A DNA stretch of 64,000 nucleotides from the IMG/VR virus record IMGVR_UViG_2541047680_000004. One strand, 5' to 3'. Below are positions 38,281 through 46,107 of this stretch, piece by piece; position 1 is the stretch's first letter, and each line of letters starts with the position of its first letter. This DNA comes from a virus. Taxonomy: Duplodnaviria; Heunggongvirae; Uroviricota; Caudoviricetes. The translations under genes were made by a program, and so were the position numbers. The notes below the pieces were generated by a model. The model was given only the letters and a program-made list of their open reading frames with translations, ran no database searches and had not been told where the DNA came from.

Positions 38281-38589
38281 ATGAAATCGATATTGTTACC
38301 ACCATTATTTTTACTTTGCTCAGTTGCGGCAAATGCAATGGACTATAAGCCTGTCATTCAGTCGCTGATGAATGACGTGTGCTCAACGTCTCAGAATGTA
38401 TCAGTTTGCATGTATCAATTTTCGGCAGCCGTAAAAGCAGGAAAAGCGATAGGTGAGAATGTGGAACTGTGTAAGAAAGTGGCAAATGAAGAACGGGCAA
38501 TGTTGGATTGCGAATCTAGCGAGTCATCGGCACAGTTCGTTGATGCGCTATTTGACACCAATCGTAAGGCTGTAGAGTCTGTTCAATAA
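38281..38589 (+). CDS. small secreted protein
   Basis: signal peptide MKSILLPPLFLLCSVAANA; several Cys in mature part. Confidence 0.45.
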   Translation: MKSILLPPLFLLCSVAANAMDYKPVIQSLMNDVCSTSQNVSVCMYQFSAAVKAGKAIGENVELCKKVANEERAMLDCESSESSAQFVDALFDTNRKAVESVQ

Positions 38590-38604
38590 ATCTATAAGGT
38601 TAAT

Positions 38605-38631
38605 AACCGGCTAAGTCCGGTTATTATTTTT
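38605..38631 (+). terminator. rho-independent terminator
   Basis: stem AACCGG/CCGGTT with loop CTAAGT followed by TTATTATTTTT. Confidence 0.6.
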
Positions 38632-38778
38632 CACATCACTTCTTTATATCTATAAATCAAATAATCTAAATATATAAGGTCGAAAGCCGGAATCGATTAT
38701 TTATTTAGGGAACACCTTCGACGATCTCGCTTTTATTTCTAGGACTTTCATCCCTGCAAAAAAAACTTAAAAAAACAC

Positions 38779-38806
38779 TTGCAATCTTTTTTCGCGTATC
38801 GATAAT
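38779..38806 (+). promoter_or_regulatory. sigma70-like promoter of low-GC moron
   Basis: TTGCAA, 16-nt spacer, GATAAT; about 65 nt upstream of the 38872 start. Confidence 0.45.
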
Positions 38807-38871
38807 TGAACTCGTCGAAAGCGAAGACGCTAACGACAATAAATTTTAAATTTACATAAGGAAAAATTATC

Positions 38872-39522
38872 ATGGCTAACATTATCATTTCTAAAAAGTC
38901 CATCATTGAAGCTGCATCTATTGTATCCGACGAGCTGCGCGAAAAAGCAGATCTGGCAACTCAAACATATAACGAACATTATAAAAATGGTACGCACACT
39001 AAAGCAGACAAAGCAAATATGCAAGCTGCGACCACTAAACTTGCTTACTTCATCAACAACGTCGTAAACGCAGTAGAAGACGAAAAATTATGCTCTGTTT
39101 TCTACTATGCGATTAAAGCAAGCAAACAAGCGCCAGAAGTATTTTTCCGTGATGCAATGACTAATAGTTATTCTCTGGAAAAACTGGTTTATCTGGTTAA
39201 ATCAATTAAATCTGGTAAATGCGTTTATTCCGTCGCTGATATGTCTGGATCTCGTGTATTCGCTTTAATCGATATGATTAACGACGAGATCGACACGTTC
39301 ACTAATGGCGCTGTTTTCGATTTAATGAATGAAGCTAAAAAAGCGTGTGAAATTAAATTGGACGCTGGCTATACTCAAGCCAACCAGTTGATCAATCTTT
39401 GCGAACGTCTTGGACTTGTTGAAAAAGTCAAAGGAGCTGGGAGTGCGAAAGCTGGTACTCAGCAATATCGCTTTATTAAAAATGATTTCTACAATTATTT
39501 AGCTGATGCTTTCAAAGCGTAA
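38872..39522 (+). CDS. hypothetical protein (low-GC moron gene 1)
   Basis: 216-aa ORF in AT-rich segment with own promoter and terminators. Confidence 0.5.
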   Translation: MANIIISKKSIIEAASIVSDELREKADLATQTYNEHYKNGTHTKADKANMQAATTKLAYFINNVVNAVEDEKLCSVFYYAIKASKQAPEVFFRDAMTNSYSLEKLVYLVKSIKSGKCVYSVADMSGSRVFALIDMINDEIDTFTNGAVFDLMNEAKKACEIKLDAGYTQANQLINLCERLGLVEKVKGAGSAKAGTQQYRFIKNDFYNYLADAFKA

Positions 39523-39533
39523 TTAATGGAATC

Positions 39534-39554
39534 AAGCGCCCACTATGGGCGCTT
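39534..39554 (+). other. hairpin (copy 1 of GCGCCC-ACTAT-GGGCGC) between moron genes
   Basis: identical stem-loop recurs at 40030-40054 where it carries a T-run; here only TTT follows. Confidence 0.45.
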
Positions 39555-39570
39555 TAAAGGAGCTTTAAAG

Positions 39571-39774
39571 ATGGTCAGCTATGACAAGATCCGCGCGGAA
39601 TATCGCGCAAAGTATCGCGCTTATAAACTGGAATTAATCGATGATTTGATCGCGCAACGCGACCAATTAAATTTTACGTTTTCTGATTTGCTTAACAACA
39701 AGCGAGATTGCAAGCGTAAACGTGAATACTTACGTTTAAGCGCATTAATCGGAAAACTTCAAAATTCTATTTAA
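39571..39774 (+). CDS. hypothetical small basic protein (moron gene 2)
   Basis: start at MVSYDK with RBS AAGGAG; Arg/Lys-rich. Confidence 0.35.
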   Translation: MVSYDKIRAEYRAKYRAYKLELIDDLIAQRDQLNFTFSDLLNNKRDCKRKREYLRLSALIGKLQNSI

Positions 39775-39793
39775 TTTTTTAAGGAGCTTAATC

Positions 39794-40024
39794 ATGTTTG
39801 TTCTTATCGCTGGCGTTAACGTCCATAATGAATATTATGTTAATCGCATCGCTGGGATCGCTGGTTACGCTGGGCGCGCAGTCGAGCTTATAGATGAAAC
39901 GACGCGCAAAATTGACTTATTGAGCGACCAGGAGCGAAAAAAAGCAGACGTGAACGACGCTGATATATTTTTAATGTTAAAAGCGTTTGTAGAAATGGGA
40001 TTTGAAATCAGTCTACATAAATAA
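39794..40024 (+). CDS. hypothetical small protein (moron gene 3)
   Basis: 76-aa ORF with RBS-like AAGGAG upstream. Confidence 0.4.
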   Translation: MFVLIAGVNVHNEYYVNRIAGIAGYAGRAVELIDETTRKIDLLSDQERKKADVNDADIFLMLKAFVEMGFEISLHK

Positions 40025-40029
40025 AATCG

Positions 40030-40054
40030 AGCGCCCACTATGGGCGCTTTTTTC
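40030..40054 (+). terminator. rho-independent terminator
   Basis: stem GCGCCC/GGGCGC, loop ACTAT, then TTTTTT. Confidence 0.65.
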
Positions 40055-40075
40055 GTTTCCAATACTCCCACCAAA

Positions 40076-40101
40076 ACGCGCCAATGATGGCGCGTTTTTT
40101 A
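40076..40101 (+). terminator. second tandem terminator (bidirectional shape)
   Basis: stem ACGCGCCA/TGGCGCGT, loop ATGA, T-run after and A-run before. Confidence 0.6.
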
Positions 40102-40472
40102 TTGTCTTTAACTCACTCCAACAACATAAAAATAAGCGCCAAAATAACGCCATAGACGCGCTTTTATATCCTTACCAGTACATACCCATTACTTAACACA
40201 TTAACGCGCTTAAAACGCGTTATATTGCGCTATAGAGTATGGTTAATCATTGGCTTTTAGTCTTGCTTTATGATCCGCGTTTATTTGTCGGCGCGGATCG
40301 GCATTTTGTTTTGTTCCGTATCCGCTCGCGTATTATGTGCGCGTGATTTTTCACATAATCACACCACTTAATCACGTATGTGATTATGCTACGAAAGAAA
40401 TCTGGATGTCTCAGGCGACGAAAGTCATCATAATTTTCCCCGCTCACCTGTCCGACAACCGCTGGTTGGATT

Positions 40473-40480
40473 CCACCAGC
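40473..40480 (-). other. Chi sequence (GCTGGTGG on minus strand)
   Basis: CCACCAGC on plus strand; forms 9-bp inverted repeat with the Chi at 40597-40604 bracketing iteron cluster 1. Confidence 0.5.
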
Positions 40481-40594
40481 TTCCCGATGTTTTTTCTACA
40501 CAAAGGCGAATGCAGCCGTTTCCCGAAAAAATCCTGGCCGTTCCCCGTCGGCTCATGAATACGTTCCTCGCCGTTTCTGAAAATTTCCCTGCGG
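40481..40594. repeat. iteron cluster 1 (direct repeats of GCCGTTTCCCGAAAA-like units)
   Basis: units at about 40514, 40536, 40570 with partial copies at 40488, 40561, 40584; 22-33 bp phasing; ORF-free convergent intergenic region. Confidence 0.6.
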
Positions 40595-40596
40595 CA

Positions 40597-40604
40597 GCTG
40601 GTGG
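40597..40604 (+). other. Chi sequence GCTGGTGG
   Basis: exact octamer. Confidence 0.5.
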
Positions 40605-40640
40605 CTATAGAGAAAGGGCCGTTTCTGGCCCTCTTCTCAG

Positions 40641-41123
40641 TTACACGCCATCAAGGATGTGGATGCGGTTGCTTGCGTATACATTCAGCATAAAGTTAGC
40701 GCAAAACAGTTTCCATGTATCAACGCCAGCGGTATACGTAATGTTTTTGCATTTAATCGCATTGTTGGCGATCCGCATCCCCTGCGATACTGCTTCATCG
40801 TCGGAAAATTTGAACGACGATTGAGTTTTAATCCAGACAGAAATCTGCGTAGCAAACTCAATCAGCTTAGACTGGCAGAATCGCCCGGAGCGTACCGGGA
40901 AGACGAACGTTCCGAATCCAGAATTAACCACATATGCTTTCTCAAATACCCTCGAGTAACGACGATTGCCAATGATGTCGCGTGCAATAATGCATTTTTC
41001 TTGTGCTGACAGTTCTACCGTCTCATTGTCGCGCCATGCACCAAGTACTCGTTTTTCAATGTCAGAGAACGTTACAGCGATATTGCCATGTGCGGGTGCG
41101 TTTACAGTAGCGATAAAATTCAT
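40641..41123 (-). CDS. hypothetical protein
   Basis: 160-aa ORF preceded by family-1 operator and GATAAT-like element. Confidence 0.45.
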   Translation of the reverse strand: MNFIATVNAPAHGNIAVTFSDIEKRVLGAWRDNETVELSAQEKCIIARDIIGNRRYSRVFEKAYVVNSGFGTFVFPVRSGRFCQSKLIEFATQISVWIKTQSSFKFSDDEAVSQGMRIANNAIKCKNITYTAGVDTWKLFCANFMLNVYASNRIHILDGV

Positions 41124-41142
41124 GATTAATTCCTTATCGTAA

Positions 41143-41177
41143 ATAACAAATTGTTTTCTTGTTGGTGTTAATTATCG
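41143..41177. promoter_or_regulatory. family-1 operator/promoter element
   Basis: AACAAATTGTTTTCTTGTTGGTGTTAATTATCG; GATAAT-like -10 on gene strand. Confidence 0.5.
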
Positions 41178-41207
41178 TTGTACGAATAAGGCGTCAAAGT
41201 GGAAAGT

Positions 41208-41280
41208 TGCGGTAGCCGGACGGGAACAGGTGGGTTTGTCGGTTGCCTGGAGGTAAGAGGTTGGTGTTTTTAGCCTGCGG
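41208..41280. repeat. about 70-bp G/T-rich repeat, copy A
   Basis: roughly 75 percent identical to 44385-44455 (shared GGTAGCC..AGGTGGGT..TCGGT.GCCTG..AAGAGGTTGGT). Confidence 0.5.
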
Positions 41281-41473
41281 GAAACAGGATGGTCATTTAA
41301 GGCCACCAATGCTGATGGCCTTAATAATTATCGACCGATTACGCTAAGGATCTTTTCCTCAACTGATTTGTTGTTGCGACTAAACTGCCTTGCGTATCTG
41401 ATGACAGAAGAGGCGTTTTGCTTTCTGACCATCTCGGCTCTTTCCTTCAGGCGTTTCTTGAAATCGCCCATAT

Positions 41474-41848
41474 TTACCACCAGGCGCAGAAGGTCAGTCT
41501 GTTATTGTGAAAGTCGTGGTTCCTGATCAGGTCTTCCACAAGTTTTTTCAGCTTATCCACGTCATGCCAGTAACCTTCGTCGTACTCCTGACTGCCGAAG
41601 AAAAAACCTTCCCGAGTAGGCAAGTACTCTTCGCAATTGCTTTCGTTTATGTGCATCAAATGAGCTTTCAGAAGACAAATGTCATTCATCGTTAATTCTA
41701 AAAGCTCACAATTTTCGACTTCACCTACGTTGCGCTCCATCCACCCAACGAGCGCATTGAACTTACGGAAGTAAGCAACCTGCTTTCTGGATGCCTCGTT
41801 ATTCAGATCGTTTTTAGGCTGTGTCTCGATATAGATATCAAGTCCCAT
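41474..41848 (-). CDS. hypothetical protein
   Basis: start set at MGLDIY with RBS AAGGAAA; Trp/Cys-containing C-terminus. Confidence 0.45.
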   Translation of the reverse strand: MGLDIYIETQPKNDLNNEASRKQVAYFRKFNALVGWMERNVGEVENCELLELTMNDICLLKAHLMHINESNCEEYLPTREGFFFGSQEYDEGYWHDVDKLKKLVEDLIRNHDFHNNRLTFCAWW

Positions 41849-41882
41849 GATGGTTTCCTTATTAAGTTGCTTCAGTGAAATC

Positions 41883-41922
41883 ATTTTCACAAATCAGATA
41901 AGGCAGAAAACAAATTGTTATC
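41883..41922. promoter_or_regulatory. family-1 operator element (B-form)
   Basis: ATTTTCACAAATCAGATAAGGCAGAAAACAAATTGTTATC. Confidence 0.5.
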
Positions 41923-41930
41923 GGGCATAA

Positions 41931-41958
41931 TAAAATGGCGCGGTTTACGCGCCATTTA
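41931..41958 (-). terminator. terminator hairpin after gene 41966..42361
   Basis: perfect inverted repeat AAATGGCGCG / CGCGCCATTT with loop GTTTA. Confidence 0.5.
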
Positions 41959-41965
41959 AAGAGGA

Positions 41966-42361
41966 TTAAGCGAATACGCTTTCAGGGATTAAGGTGTCGG
42001 CAGGAATGCCAGAGGTAATGCGCAGACCGTACTGGCCAATCCAGGTGGTGCTGGTGTTCAGGCTGGAGGCGAATACGGTGTTAACCATATTCATCATGGT
42101 TTCAAACACCTCTTCATCAACCTGGCGGAAGTAGTTCTCGATTTTCAGCAGCAGCGGGTCAGTTGCATCGAGAATGGACTGGTATTGAGTCGCGTACTCG
42201 CCGTCGGAGGCATCACCTTTACGCACGATCGTACTGGCCTGTACTTCGGCACCAGTTTCGGTGTTGTACGTAACAACGGTGATTTTTGCCACATTCTTAC
42301 CTTCGGCGGTTTCAGAGGCATAGTAAACATCAACTGTCAGTTTTTCGCGTTTAACGGTCAT
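41966..42361 (-). CDS. hypothetical protein
   Basis: start set at MTVKREKL with RBS GGAGAG. Confidence 0.45.
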   Translation of the reverse strand: MTVKREKLTVDVYYASETAEGKNVAKITVVTYNTETGAEVQASTIVRKGDASDGEYATQYQSILDATDPLLLKIENYFRQVDEEVFETMMNMVNTVFASSLNTSTTWIGQYGLRITSGIPADTLIPESVFA

Positions 42362-42487
42362 TTCACTCTCCGTAGTGTATTGGTTATTTTTATATTCTAT
42401 GATCGTAAGTATGTACTTACAATACAAAAAAGCCCCGTAAGGATGGCGGGGCTGTCGTACTGTCGACTAATTACCACTTGCACATTA

Positions 42488-42799
42488 TCAGGCTATTGCC
42501 ATCACTGATGCTCTCTGAATTTCTTGCTGGGCCACGCGGTTAACTTCCATCAAGGCCAGTTCGAGCTGATGTTCCGGCCACATTCTTTGAAACGCCATCC
42601 AGCCTTTTCCACGCTGGCGACGAACATTCATTACATAACGAGTAAAGGTGTTTTTATCGAAAGACACCGCTGTTTCACGGAACAGACGAATAGAGGTTCC
42701 ATTGGCAACGATGTCCAGCAAAGTTAATTGAGCAACCAGCGCAGGCTTCTCTTTTCTCTTCTGGTCTTTGTCCAGACCAAGAACCAATGATTTTTTCAT
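42488..42799 (-). CDS. hypothetical protein
   Basis: start set at MKKSLVLGL; basic. Confidence 0.45.
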   Translation of the reverse strand: MKKSLVLGLDKDQKRKEKPALVAQLTLLDIVANGTSIRLFRETAVSFDKNTFTRYVMNVRRQRGKGWMAFQRMWPEHQLELALMEVNRVAQQEIQRASVMAIA

Positions 42800-42810
42800 C
42801 ACAACTCCGT

Positions 42811-42834
42811 AAACAACTTGTTTTCTCAATGGCG
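42811..42834. promoter_or_regulatory. family-1 operator element
   Basis: AAACAACTTGTTTTCTCAATGGCG about 12 nt upstream of the start codon. Confidence 0.5.
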
Positions 42835-42953
42835 TAAATAATACCAGTAAGAAAACGGCTACAAAGCATAATGATCAGGTGTATGAGCGATATGCAGGTT
42901 CTTCCCTGCGGCTACAGATGAAGTTAAGCCAGCATTGCTGGCTTTGGTTGGGT

Positions 42954-43283
42954 TTACTCGAATACTTCAAGAAACTCCTGAACGTCCCAATGCTGGACGA
43001 GGTGAAGATAGACCTTAGAAATCACGTCATTTTCGCTATCGCATGTGAAGTAGTACTTCTGGCTGCGGTTGTATGTGTCCACACAAAATTCGCTCATATC
43101 CATAAAGTCAGCATCTTCACCCATGTCGCAAATCATCAAAGCAGGTGCATCATCACGAGTCATCAGCTCCAGCACCCATCTTGAATTAATCAGAGTGGAA
43201 GACCAACCTTCCAGCTCATAGAACTGGTCAAACTCTTTTTGAGTTAATTTCTTGATTTGGTTGATGTCGATATTTGCAAACAT
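42954..43283 (-). CDS. hypothetical small acidic protein
   Basis: start set at MFANIDIN; Asp/Glu-rich. Confidence 0.45.
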   Translation of the reverse strand: MFANIDINQIKKLTQKEFDQFYELEGWSSTLINSRWVLELMTRDDAPALMICDMGEDADFMDMSEFCVDTYNRSQKYYFTCDSENDVISKVYLHLVQHWDVQEFLEVFE

Positions 43284-43294
43284 AAAGCAATCCT

Positions 43295-43329
43295 TAAACA
43301 ACATGTTTTCTTGATGGTGTTATTATCGC
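43295..43329. promoter_or_regulatory. family-1 operator/promoter element
   Basis: TAAACAACATGTTTTCTTGATGGTGTTATTATCGC. Confidence 0.5.
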
Positions 43330-43444
43330 AATAACGCACAGGCGAAAAAGGATTTTATTCCGGTGAATATGGTTTTGGCAGTGAGTTTTCAGGTTCAGTA
43401 CCGAGTATACTTTTTACATTATTCTGATTTAGTGGCCGAAGGTG

Positions 43445-43452
43445 GCTGGTGG
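43445..43452 (+). other. Chi sequence GCTGGTGG
   Basis: exact octamer about 200 bp from iteron cluster 2. Confidence 0.45.
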
Positions 43453-43644
43453 GCAGAATAATCCTCTCCCCGAAAACCTACTGAAATCGATTGTGACCCG
43501 TTGGCTGTCTGGCACAATTACGCTGTAGCTGGGCATTCAGAGGGAATCCAGCGGTAAGCAAGTCCGCCTACGTGAGCGCCTCTCTTCTTCCCGCACATTA
43601 CAGGTGGGTAGCCGCAACTCTCCCTCTCGCTATACCGGTACGCC

Positions 43645-43777
43645 GCCGTTCCTGAACCGGCATCGAGCCTTTTCCCGAAATCCACACAGGCAACTCGACC
43701 GTTTCCCTGAAAACCTCCAGCCGTTCCCCGAAGGCAACCCAGCCTTTTCTGTAGCGGGATGCAACCTTTTCCCTGTA
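43645..43777. repeat. iteron cluster 2 (six direct repeats, about 22-bp phasing)
   Basis: units at 43645, 43666, 43697, 43719, 43741, 43763 (e.g. GACCGTTTCCCTGAAAA); extra copy near 43470; same family as cluster 1. Confidence 0.65.
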
Positions 43778-44100
43778 TGGACCGAAGGCTGACCGTAGGG
43801 GTTTTACGGGGGATAAAATCAGGAGTTGAATAAATACGAAAAAGGAGGCGACACCCCTCCTTCCCTCCCCACTTATACATACCTGGCTTCTTCGCTATAC
43901 ATGTTGTGTTTTCTTCGTGTTTTATCTGTCTCAACCTCTCTATAGGCGTTAATGCTCACTCCTTCCAGAACCTTCTATACGGCGACTATTTCTGTTGGTG
44001 AATTGGGTGTGTTGTTCTCTCTGTCGGTGTATGTGGTTTCGTTCGTTTTGCGGTGGTTCTTCTATGGGGTGTTCTCGTCGTTTTGGTGATTGTTCTTCTC

Positions 44101-44460
44101 CGTGTATGGAGTAATGGCAGGTGGGCGATTCCTTTCGTTATTGTGTTTGAGTTGTTTGTCTGGAGTGTGTGAAAGGCTTTTGTAGTTATTCGTGTATTGG
44201 GTAATGGCGTTTCCCGTGATTGTTATGTTTCGTGTCTTTTGGGATTGAGAGAAACCTTGCGGTTACAGGCTTCGTTGGGGTTTCAGTGATTCTGGTGTTT
44301 CTTCGCTGTTTGGGTAATGGCGTGTCGTGGGTATCGCGCGTATGAATGTTTTCGGATTGCCTGTGAAAGTTAGGTTGGTTGTCCGGTAGCCTGGGGAGAA
44401 GAGGTGGGTCTTTTCGGTAGCCTGCCATAAAGAGGTTGGTTGTTTTGGGTAATGGTATAT
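44101..44460. repeat. direct repeats in GT-rich ORF-free region
   Basis: CGTGTAT(T)GG(A/G)GTAATGGC at 44101, 44191, 44304 and degenerate copy at 44437; strong G+T excess on plus strand across 43960-44700. Confidence 0.55.
44385..44455. repeat. about 70-bp G/T-rich repeat, copy B
   Basis: pairs with 41208-41280. Confidence 0.5.
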
Positions 44461-44701
44461 GTGTTATTTAGTTGTTTTGTTATGCCTGAAAATAAGTTGT
44501 TTATATGGTTGTGTAACGCAACGGGAGCGATTTTGAGCGTGTGTTTTTGTTGGTAGTGTGTTGAGTCGTCTGTGGTGAAAATTGGACGCTGTGGCGCTAT
44601 CTGCTGCGTAGAATTACGGGTATAAGAAGTGATGTGTGATAACGTCAATTTTTTAGACCAAATCGGGAGAAAGCGTTGATGTTTCGTTGATCTGTTATTT
44701 A

Positions 44702-44728
44702 GTTGTTTTCTTATTGGTATAAACAACC
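44702..44728. promoter_or_regulatory. family-1 half-site element
   Basis: GTTGTTTTCTTATTGGTATAAACAACC; would drive minus-strand transcription into the GT-rich region. Confidence 0.35.
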
Positions 44729-44845
44729 ATAACCTATTGATATTTAATGATGTGATTGCTGGTATGGGAGGGGAGTAGTGGCGATCAACGGGTTCTTATA
44801 GAAAAGAATCAAATTGTGACCGCCATTATCAATAAGTTGCAACCG

Positions 44846-45451
44846 TTAGTTGTTCAGATAAACATTTGGAACACGGACGTAGAACTTACTGTTACCGGTA
44901 AGTTCCAGAGTAATGTTAATGTCATTACCATTGTCTAGTGTAGCCGTCGCTCTATAGAACTTATCAGTTACCTTTTCGTCAATATTAACCTTGATGCATT
45001 TCGCCGCAGTAGAACCATTATGCTCTTTCAGAATAGTTGTCACGACAGGACATGCGGCTTCCTCAATGACGCCATCTTCCTGTTTCGGTATTACAATGAA
45101 GAATACGTAAGCCAGCAAGGTAACGACTATAATAAATGGCAGTCTACTGCTCTTTGTTATAGTCGCACGCTTCCATAGGTAGATTGGCATGAAAACTATT
45201 CCCCATAAAATAGCAGGTGGCTCATAGCCGGATTCCGAAATCGCCATTCTGTCAGCCACTAATAATCCGATGGCAGCTAAACTTCCAATTAATACAGCAT
45301 AATTTGCATACTCTTCGTTCGGAATGCCGAAGCAAATTGGAATAAAAGCTAAAATCCACGCATAAGTGTTATTCAAAGGTTTTTTTTGTTGGTTATTGGT
45401 TTCCATCACATCCATCTCATCACTTAAATTACTTGTATATATTATCAACAT
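44846..45451 (-). CDS. membrane protein (three or four N-terminal TM helices plus soluble C-terminal domain)
   Basis: hydrophobic segments WILAFIPICF, VLIGSLAAIGLLV, AILWGIVFMPIYL, FIIVVTLLAYVFFIV; AT-rich segment. Confidence 0.5.
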   Translation of the reverse strand: MLIIYTSNLSDEMDVMETNNQQKKPLNNTYAWILAFIPICFGIPNEEYANYAVLIGSLAAIGLLVADRMAISESGYEPPAILWGIVFMPIYLWKRATITKSSRLPFIIVVTLLAYVFFIVIPKQEDGVIEEAACPVVTTILKEHNGSTAAKCIKVNIDEKVTDKFYRATATLDNGNDINITLELTGNSKFYVRVPNVYLNN

Positions 45452-45527
45452 TTAACAAACATAACCTAAACACACAGCAGATATAGCATTACAAACTCAT
45501 TGTGAAAACCATTATCATAGGAAACGA

Positions 45528-45713
45528 TTAGATGAGATGGTCTAATTCATCATCTATCATGGCTTTGACGCTGGAGTCATTCACTCCATATTTATTTATG
45601 AGCTGTTTCAGCTCTGGCGAAAACTGAAGGTAGATATCGTGAGCGTTTTTCACTGTAGGTTCAACGCCACGCATTTCAAGCGCCTTTAGTAGATATGAGT
45701 CTTCTTTAAGCAT
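45528..45713 (-). CDS. hypothetical small protein
   Basis: 61-aa ORF. Confidence 0.3.
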   Translation of the reverse strand: MLKEDSYLLKALEMRGVEPTVKNAHDIYLQFSPELKQLINKYGVNDSSVKAMIDDELDHLI

Positions 45714-45749
45714 AAATTCTCCGTTATCTAGTATGAAGCGATTGCCGGA

Positions 45750-46049
45750 TTACCATTGCCAGCACTCAAGCCCTTCAACGACCGGTGCGCCACAATCAAA
45801 ATGTACAGAGTCAAAGCCTACATCAAGTACTTTCTGAATGTTCGCAATCGCGCCCTCGGATATACCATATCGACGCAACTCATCTATCCAGTCATCGTCC
45901 TGTAACCCGGCGTGGACAATGCAACCGTACTCAATTTGTGAAACCCAATCCAGCTCATTGCTTGCGATCATGAATCGGCGAGCATCTTCCTCTGATGTAT
46001 GAGATGAGCTGATCAATGCCACCTGGTAGGCTTGGGTAATGTTCAACAT
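45750..46049 (-). CDS. hypothetical protein
   Basis: ATG start at 46049 with RBS GGAGTGG; family-1 operator pair immediately upstream. Confidence 0.4.
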   Translation of the reverse strand: MLNITQAYQVALISSSHTSEEDARRFMIASNELDWVSQIEYGCIVHAGLQDDDWIDELRRYGISEGAIANIQKVLDVGFDSVHFDCGAPVVEGLECWQW

Positions 46050-46062
46050 TTCAACCACTCCA

Positions 46063-46095
46063 AAACAAGTTGTTTTCTTATGTGGTTTATTATCT
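46063..46095. promoter_or_regulatory. family-1 operator/promoter element
   Basis: AAAACAAGTTGTTTTCTTATGTGGTTTATTATC. Confidence 0.5.
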
Positions 46096-46107
46096 CCATC
46101 AACAAAA

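Noticed and set aside
44101-44460. Possible CRISPR array suggested by regularly spaced direct repeats
   Set aside because: Repeats are about 20 bp and imperfect, spacers are 90-135 bp and unequal, and no cas genes are present.
43518-44726. ORFs 43518..43934, 43604..43792, 44186..44428 and 44370..44726 in the iteron and GT-rich region
   Set aside because: Non-ATG starts, Gly/Cys/Arg or Pro/Thr/Asn/Gln low-complexity translations, and stop-codon depletion explained by strand composition; the region is better described as non-coding repeats.
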